Of a stretch of 64,000 bases of DNA, positions 58,993 to 64,000 are shown piece by piece. A program made the translations under genes and the position numbers. The stretch is from Acidobacteriota bacterium (GTDB lineage: Bacteria; Acidobacteriota; UBA890; WLXD01): contig CBDFKD010000002.1 in NCBI GenBank assembly GCA_965248695.1, positions 2,592,001-2,656,000 on the forward strand, written 5' to 3'. The notes beneath the pieces were generated by a model. The model ran no database searches. It was not told the origin of the DNA and was given only the letters and a program-made list of their open reading frames with translations. The number at the start of each line of letters is the position of its first letter. Positions within the stretch are counted from its first letter, which is position 1.

Positions 58993-61900
58993 TTATCTGG
59001 CGCTCGCCTGCTCGGCCGTCATCAGGTAGGCCACCAGATCGCTCACCTCGCGATCCGTGAAGGGATCGAGCAAGCCCTCCGGCATCATGGAACGGGGAAA
59101 TACGTCACGCGACTGGATGTCGGACTGGCTGATGACCACGGCACCCTCGCCGACCACACGCAAGGTGAGCGCTCGTTCGCTCTCGGCGGCCACAGTCCCG
59201 GAATACGTACGGCCGTCTCTCGTCGTCACCATGACGGTCTTGTAGTCGTCCTGAATATCGCCGCTGGGGTCGATGATGTTGGTGAGCAGATAGTCGAGCT
59301 CGGTGCGGTTCGAGCCGGTGAGCTCCGGGCCGATGAGGCCTCCCTCACCGTACATCTGGTGGCAGGCTGCGCACAGGGTCTCGAACGTCGCCCTCCCCCG
59401 GCTGGCGTCGGCGGCGGCGACGGCCTCGTCGTCGAGAAGCGTCGCGTACCTGGCCATGGCCGCAGTCTTCTCGCTGGACGCCCGAGTGATCGGGCCCCAG
59501 ACCTCGAGAAAGCCGCTGCCGACAACGCGGTGAAGCTGCCGGGCAGCGTACGCCGGGACATCGCGCTTCGGGATGGTCTCGTTTTCAAGCGCGTCCATGA
59601 GCCGCCGGCCGTAGCTACTACGCGATGACAGCGTCTGCACGGCAGCGAGCTTCTCGGCGGCGTCGAAGGTGTCGTAGCGCTTCATCAGCACGCTACCCAG
59701 ATTCCGATCGTCGAAGGCGGCAACCGCTCTGATCGCGGCGATGCGCAGCTCCGGCTCGTCCAGCAGGCGAGGAATCTCGGCGACAAGCTCTTGTCGTCGC
59801 TGTCCGGCGAGGCCGTTGAGCGCGGCTCGCCGGGCATCGGCCCCGGCGTCGTTGTCTTTCAGAGTCGTCATGAACCGCTGAGCCGCTTCGATACCGCCGA
59901 ACTGCTGCGACACATCCAGCGCGAGGTCGGCTGCCTCGCGATCCTCCCGGAGCGCCGCGTAGACCGCTTCCCAGTTGGCCGGCGCGGCGACGTCGAACTG
60001 GCCTTCGAGGCCCGCTCGCATCCCCTTCAGCAGGCCCGGCCGTGCATCCGATCGGTTCTCCAGAGACGTCACGAGCGTCTCCAGCTCGCCTGCATCTACG
60101 GCCCGGCGGGCGATGTTCTCAACCAGCATGGGGATCTCGCTGCGCTTTGCGAGCTCGAGCGCCCGAGCGGGATTCGAGGCCACCAGCGGCTCGATGGCGA
60201 ACCAGATCATCTTCGGAATGTTGTGATCGTCGGCGTCTTCGCCATGCGCCATCAAGGGCGCGGCGATCTGCCACCGGTCGGTCTGCTCCAGCCGTTGCAG
60301 AGCTGCAGCCAGATACAGCCGCACGACCGGCGAGTCATCGCGCTCTGCCATGCGAGCGAACGTTGCGACCGCAGCGGCCGGCGGCGAGTAGTCCTCGCTG
60401 AGCATCTGGATTGCCCAGGCGCGAATGTGTGGATCCGCATCGCCGAGCGCGCTCGTTAGCTCGTCAGCCGTGGACCCGCCGGTGATGTGAAGCGCCCACA
60501 TGGCTCGTAGGCGCAGATCCGGGTCCGGATTCGACGCGAAGATCGCCCCCAGTCGATCGTGCACTGACGCGTCCAGCTCACCTTTCGCGGCGCGGCCCTG
60601 CAGGATGACGCGCGCCCGGCGCGCATGCCAGGCGCTCTTGGAGAGTTGAAGCTCCACCAGCTCCGAGCTGGCCATGGTCTTGAGGTCGCTGTAGCGGCCC
60701 GGCCAATCCTCCGCGAGCGAATTGGTCGGCGTCACCCGGAAGATCCGCCCGGTGTCCTTGTGGAGCACGGAGTTTCCGCAGATATCGCCGTCGTGCCAAT
60801 CCAGCACGTATACATCGCCGGCCGGTCCGATCTCCATGCTGAAACCGATCCACTGAGCGTTGTTGGCGAGCAGAAACTCGTCGCCGTGTTGGGCCACGAA
60901 GCTCGAGCCTCTGGGCTCGAGCAAGTCGGTGAGCACCGCATGCTCGTGGATGTTCGCCATGAAGAGGCGGCCGTGATGTTCCTCCGGGAAGGCATCGGAG
61001 AGATAGACCCGAGCTCCCCCATGTGCGGACCGATGCCGATGGTCGACGATGGTGCGGATATCACCGTAGACATATGGGTTGAAGTGCTGGCCGCCCTGGC
61101 GGTGATAGATGCCGCCGGGAACCACGTGAAAAGCATGCGGGATGACGCAGGCGCTGATGAACAGCTGACCCTTGGCGTCGTAGTCGATCCCCCACGGGTT
61201 GCTGAACCCGTGCCCCACGACCTCGAAACGCCGCTTGGTCGGGTGGTACCTCCACACGCCGCCGTTGATGTCGACGCCGTCGGCCTCCAGCAGATCCTCG
61301 GGAAACGGCTCCTTGTGACCGTAGAGACGCCCGTCCCCGTTCGGCTTTCTGATCTTCGAGGGAGTCGCGAAGCCCTCGAGGCCGTAGAGCCAGCCATCCG
61401 GCCCCCAGTGAAAGCTGTTGATCGTCTCGTGGCGATCGCGAATGCCCCAACCCGTGAGCAGGACCTCCAGGTCGTCCATCTCGGCACGATCGTCGCCGTC
61501 ACGGTCCGGCAGGAACAGCAGGTTCGGGGGAGCACCGACGAAGACTCCGTCGAACCCCACAGCCAGAGCCGACGGGAAGGCGATGCCTTCCGCAAAGACC
61601 TTCCTGCTGTCGGCCGTACCGTCGCGGTCGGTGTCCTCCAGAATCAGGATGCGGCTATCGCCCGAATTCGAAAAGCCGGTGGCACGGGTTTCGTAGTCGC
61701 GGTTCTCGGCGATCCACATGCGACCGCGATCGTCCCAGGCGAAGGCCATCGGCTGGGTGATCATGGGCTCCGAAGCCCAGGCATTGACCTGGAATCCATC
61801 CAGCAACGTCATGCTCTCCGCGGCTTCGGTGGCCGTCAGGAACTTCTCCTTCAGCCCTTCCTCCTGCGCCAGGTCCCACAACGCCGCCGTGTAGTAGGAG

Positions 61901-62889
61901 CCGGAGTACTCCTGCCACTCTTCGGTCAGCTCGAGATCGTTGAGCTCACCGGTGTAGACGATCAGTCGATGGCGGATCGACTCGCTCGACCCCTCGGCGA
62001 TGTGCCAATCGCCCTCGCGGGCGCGGACAGGGCCGACACCGAGCTGCCCGTCGACTCGAAAGGCCTGTGGAAAGCCCGCGTTCGTCGGATGGTCGAAGAT
62101 GGCGACGTGCGCCAGGTCGTCGCGCCCTTCGATCTGCATCCCGACATCCACCCACATCGCTCGCTGGCCCTCGGCCTGCGCGTTGCGTTGGCGCGCTGCG
62201 TTGACGGCGTCGCCGCGAATGCCCTCATGCCACGGCATGCGCAAGAACATGCCGCCATAATCGAACTCATTGATGGTGATGTCGGTGAGCGCCTCACCCA
62301 CCCAATCGAGATCGAGGACGTAGCGGTCTCCCGAGACACTCATCGTCCAGTTCTGGGTCTCGGTCATGATGGCGGCGCCGGCTGCGTCCAACATGTCGTA
62401 GACCGTCTGCCATTTGACTTCCTCTCCGGAAGCGACAACGACGGAGGCCGACTTCAGCCGCCAGTAGTCGGCTCCCGGATTGTGGAAGAAGTCACGCCCG
62501 ATGGCGGCCGCGATGTCTTCCGGCTTGTCGGGGTCGTAGAACCACTGCGTCAGCGTCTCCTCGGGAACGGACTCACCGTTCACCCTGGTGAACCCCCAGT
62601 ACAGACCCGTCTGGTGCGGGTGGTGCCCGGGGCTGTACTCGGTGACGTTGCCGTTCCCATCGGGGGCGACGATCGGATGCAAGAACGGTCGATGAGCCGG
62701 CCCGGCGTTCTGCGTCAGAATCGGGTCGTCACCATCGCCACGGAAGATGGCGATGGTTCCGGCCGCATCGTCCTGAGCGGCTCGCAGGAGCGTGACGTCC
62801 GTCGAGCCTTGCGAATCAGAATCCTCAGCGGCACAGCCGAACCCGACCACGACGAGAATTGATAGCGTGGCTGCAGCCGGAACTCTCAT
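58993..62889 (-). CDS. PVC-type heme-binding dehydrogenase-like lipoprotein: PmoA-like N-domain + propeller + HEAT repeats + cytochrome c
   Basis: GFGC lipobox, HPHQTGLYWG, EPMITQPMAFAWDDRGRMW, WGPDGWLYG, GFSNPWG, CAACH, GPELTG, SMMPEGL. Confidence 0.85.
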   Translation of the reverse strand: MRVPAAATLSILVVVGFGCAAEDSDSQGSTDVTLLRAAQDDAAGTIAIFRGDGDDPILTQNAGPAHRPFLHPIVAPDGNGNVTEYSPGHHPHQTGLYWGFTRVNGESVPEETLTQWFYDPDKPEDIAAAIGRDFFHNPGADYWRLKSASVVVASGEEVKWQTVYDMLDAAGAAIMTETQNWTMSVSGDRYVLDLDWVGEALTDITINEFDYGGMFLRMPWHEGIRGDAVNAARQRNAQAEGQRAMWVDVGMQIEGRDDLAHVAIFDHPTNAGFPQAFRVDGQLGVGPVRAREGDWHIAEGSSESIRHRLIVYTGELNDLELTEEWQEYSGSYYTAALWDLAQEEGLKEKFLTATEAAESMTLLDGFQVNAWASEPMITQPMAFAWDDRGRMWIAENRDYETRATGFSNSGDSRILILEDTDRDGTADSRKVFAEGIAFPSALAVGFDGVFVGAPPNLLFLPDRDGDDRAEMDDLEVLLTGWGIRDRHETINSFHWGPDGWLYGLEGFATPSKIRKPNGDGRLYGHKEPFPEDLLEADGVDINGGVWRYHPTKRRFEVVGHGFSNPWGIDYDAKGQLFISACVIPHAFHVVPGGIYHRQGGQHFNPYVYGDIRTIVDHRHRSAHGGARVYLSDAFPEEHHGRLFMANIHEHAVLTDLLEPRGSSFVAQHGDEFLLANNAQWIGFSMEIGPAGDVYVLDWHDGDICGNSVLHKDTGRIFRVTPTNSLAEDWPGRYSDLKTMASSELVELQLSKSAWHARRARVILQGRAAKGELDASVHDRLGAIFASNPDPDLRLRAMWALHITGGSTADELTSALGDADPHIRAWAIQMLSEDYSPPAAAVATFARMAERDDSPVVRLYLAAALQRLEQTDRWQIAAPLMAHGEDADDHNIPKMIWFAIEPLVASNPARALELAKRSEIPMLVENIARRAVDAGELETLVTSLENRSDARPGLLKGMRAGLEGQFDVAAPANWEAVYAALREDREAADLALDVSQQFGGIEAAQRFMTTLKDNDAGADARRAALNGLAGQRRQELVAEIPRLLDEPELRIAAIRAVAAFDDRNLGSVLMKRYDTFDAAEKLAAVQTLSSRSSYGRRLMDALENETIPKRDVPAYAARQLHRVVGSGFLEVWGPITRASSEKTAAMARYATLLDDEAVAAADASRGRATFETLCAACHQMYGEGGLIGPELTGSNRTELDYLLTNIIDPSGDIQDDYKTVMVTTRDGRTYSGTVAAESERALTLRVVGEGAVVISQSDIQSRDVFPRSMMPEGLLDPFTDREVSDLVAYLMTAEQASAR

Positions 62890-62940
62890 GATTCGCGTGT
62901 CCCTGAGGTCTTGACGGCCCGGGTCGGGCCTATTTGATCG

Positions 62941-64000
62941 TCACGGCCCGGTCGGGCCGATCTTCCCCTCGGCTGCCCGGATGAGCATCTCCACGTCGTA
63001 GAGCTGTCCGGCCTTCATCACCAAATGACCGTTCCGGGTGGCGAGGATGTCGTCCAGGGGATTGCCACGCAGAACATAAAGGTCGGCGATCTTGCCCGCC
63101 TCGATCGTTCCGAGCCCATCACTGACACCCAGGGCGCTGGCCCCGTTTATCGTCGCGGCCTTCAGCACGGCATGCAGCGGGAGACCGACATACGCGAGGG
63201 CAAACAACTCGTTGTGGATGCTGAAGCCGCTCCAGCTGTCCGTCCCCGTGGTGATGAGATGCCCCCCACCCAACTCATACAGCCTCAGCAATGCCGGAGC
63301 CTTGTTGTGGAAGACGGTCGTGTACCCAGCGGTGCCGTTGATCCGGTCCCACTCCCGCTCTTGCTCGGTGAGCTGGGAGTCGGCGCCATCCCGGGACCCC
63401 CTGCCTGATCGCAGGCTCCGCACATAGGGCGTCAGGAATCGGTCCGTATCGACTTCGGCCGCCTCGCCGGAGTCGACTTCGGCTTCGATTACAGCCTGGC
63501 CGTACAGCCAGTTCGTACCGTCGAAGTAGACATTGTGATCGACGAAGAGACGTAGCCGTTCCTCGAACTCCGATGTCCCGGGCGCCATTTGCCCGGCCAG
63601 AATCGGCTGCTGGTTGAAGAATGAGTGCTCGACGCGATCGATGCCCATGAGAATCGCGTCACGCACACTGACGTCGGTGCCGCGACCGGCGTAGTTGTGC
63701 AGGTGTGCGGTCACGGTAATCCCATGCCGGTGGGCCTGATCGATGATGACGCGAAGCTCGCGCGGGCTCGCCTGTTTGGCCTTGATACCCCTGATCCCAC
63801 GTAGCGCCCATTCGTCGACACGATCACGGATCTGCTGGTCCGTCATGTCAGCGGGCCAGTGCGCACAGCTGTCTTCTTGGGTTCGAATCTCTGGGCACTG
63901 ATTGCGGGCGTTGCCGAAATACGGTCCCGAGTTGAAGATCCGGGCCCCGATCTGCTCGCCGGATTCGATCCGGCGGCGAGCCTCCATCATGCCTTCAGGA
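62941..64000 (-). CDS. Amidohydrolase-family protein (partial, 5' end outside window)
   Basis: GARIFNSGP, AHRHGITVTAH, DRVEH, TGTD, GTIEAGKIADL.VLRGNPL. Confidence 0.85.
   Translation of the reverse strand, partial: PEGMMEARRRIESGEQIGARIFNSGPYFGNARNQCPEIRTQEDSCAHWPADMTDQQIRDRVDEWALRGIRGIKAKQASPRELRVIIDQAHRHGITVTAHLHNYAGRGTDVSVRDAILMGIDRVEHSFFNQQPILAGQMAPGTSEFEERLRLFVDHNVYFDGTNWLYGQAVIEAEVDSGEAAEVDTDRFLTPYVRSLRSGRGSRDGADSQLTEQEREWDRINGTAGYTTVFHNKAPALLRLYELGGGHLITTGTDSWSGFSIHNELFALAYVGLPLHAVLKAATINGASALGVSDGLGTIEAGKIADLYVLRGNPLDDILATRNGHLVMKAGQLYDVEMLIRAAEGKIGPTGP

Noticed and set aside
61900-62800. Particulate methane monooxygenase
   Set aside because: The 'PmoA-like' label refers to a soluble beta-sandwich domain; there is no multi-TM PmoA and no pmoB/C.

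Overview
A high-GC, gene-dense bacterial chromosomal segment. The host is probably an Acidobacteriota member; this is inferred from PadR/duplicated-orphan ABC permease genes, a GWxTD protein, a kinase-TolB-TPR protein and many secreted propeller and amidohydrolase proteins. I found no rRNA, tRNA, CRISPR array or transposase. The main known system is a complete quinohemoprotein amine dehydrogenase cluster, qhpG-A-D-C-B-F-E (4628-13362). Its gamma subunit keeps all canonical crosslink spacings but adds a ~16-aa insert, active-site substitutions and a fifth Cys. The best candidate for an undescribed system is a compact RiPP-like cassette at 36202-37595(-38776). It has a 79-aa His/Cys/Lys-rich peptide whose signal-like leader carries a YxxPxI RRE-binding motif, then a strong hairpin, a stand-alone PqqD/RRE protein and a TIGR02466-type 2OG-Fe(II) oxygenase, followed by a Tat-type PLP aldolase. 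Other notable items are a Phd-domain antitoxin/nucleotidyltransferase pair with a YefM-like operator, an orphan PadR with a palindromic operator next to a MITE-like remnant, several gene relics, and many exported amine/amino-acid catabolic enzymes. All product calls come from motif recognition by eye; no searches were run.
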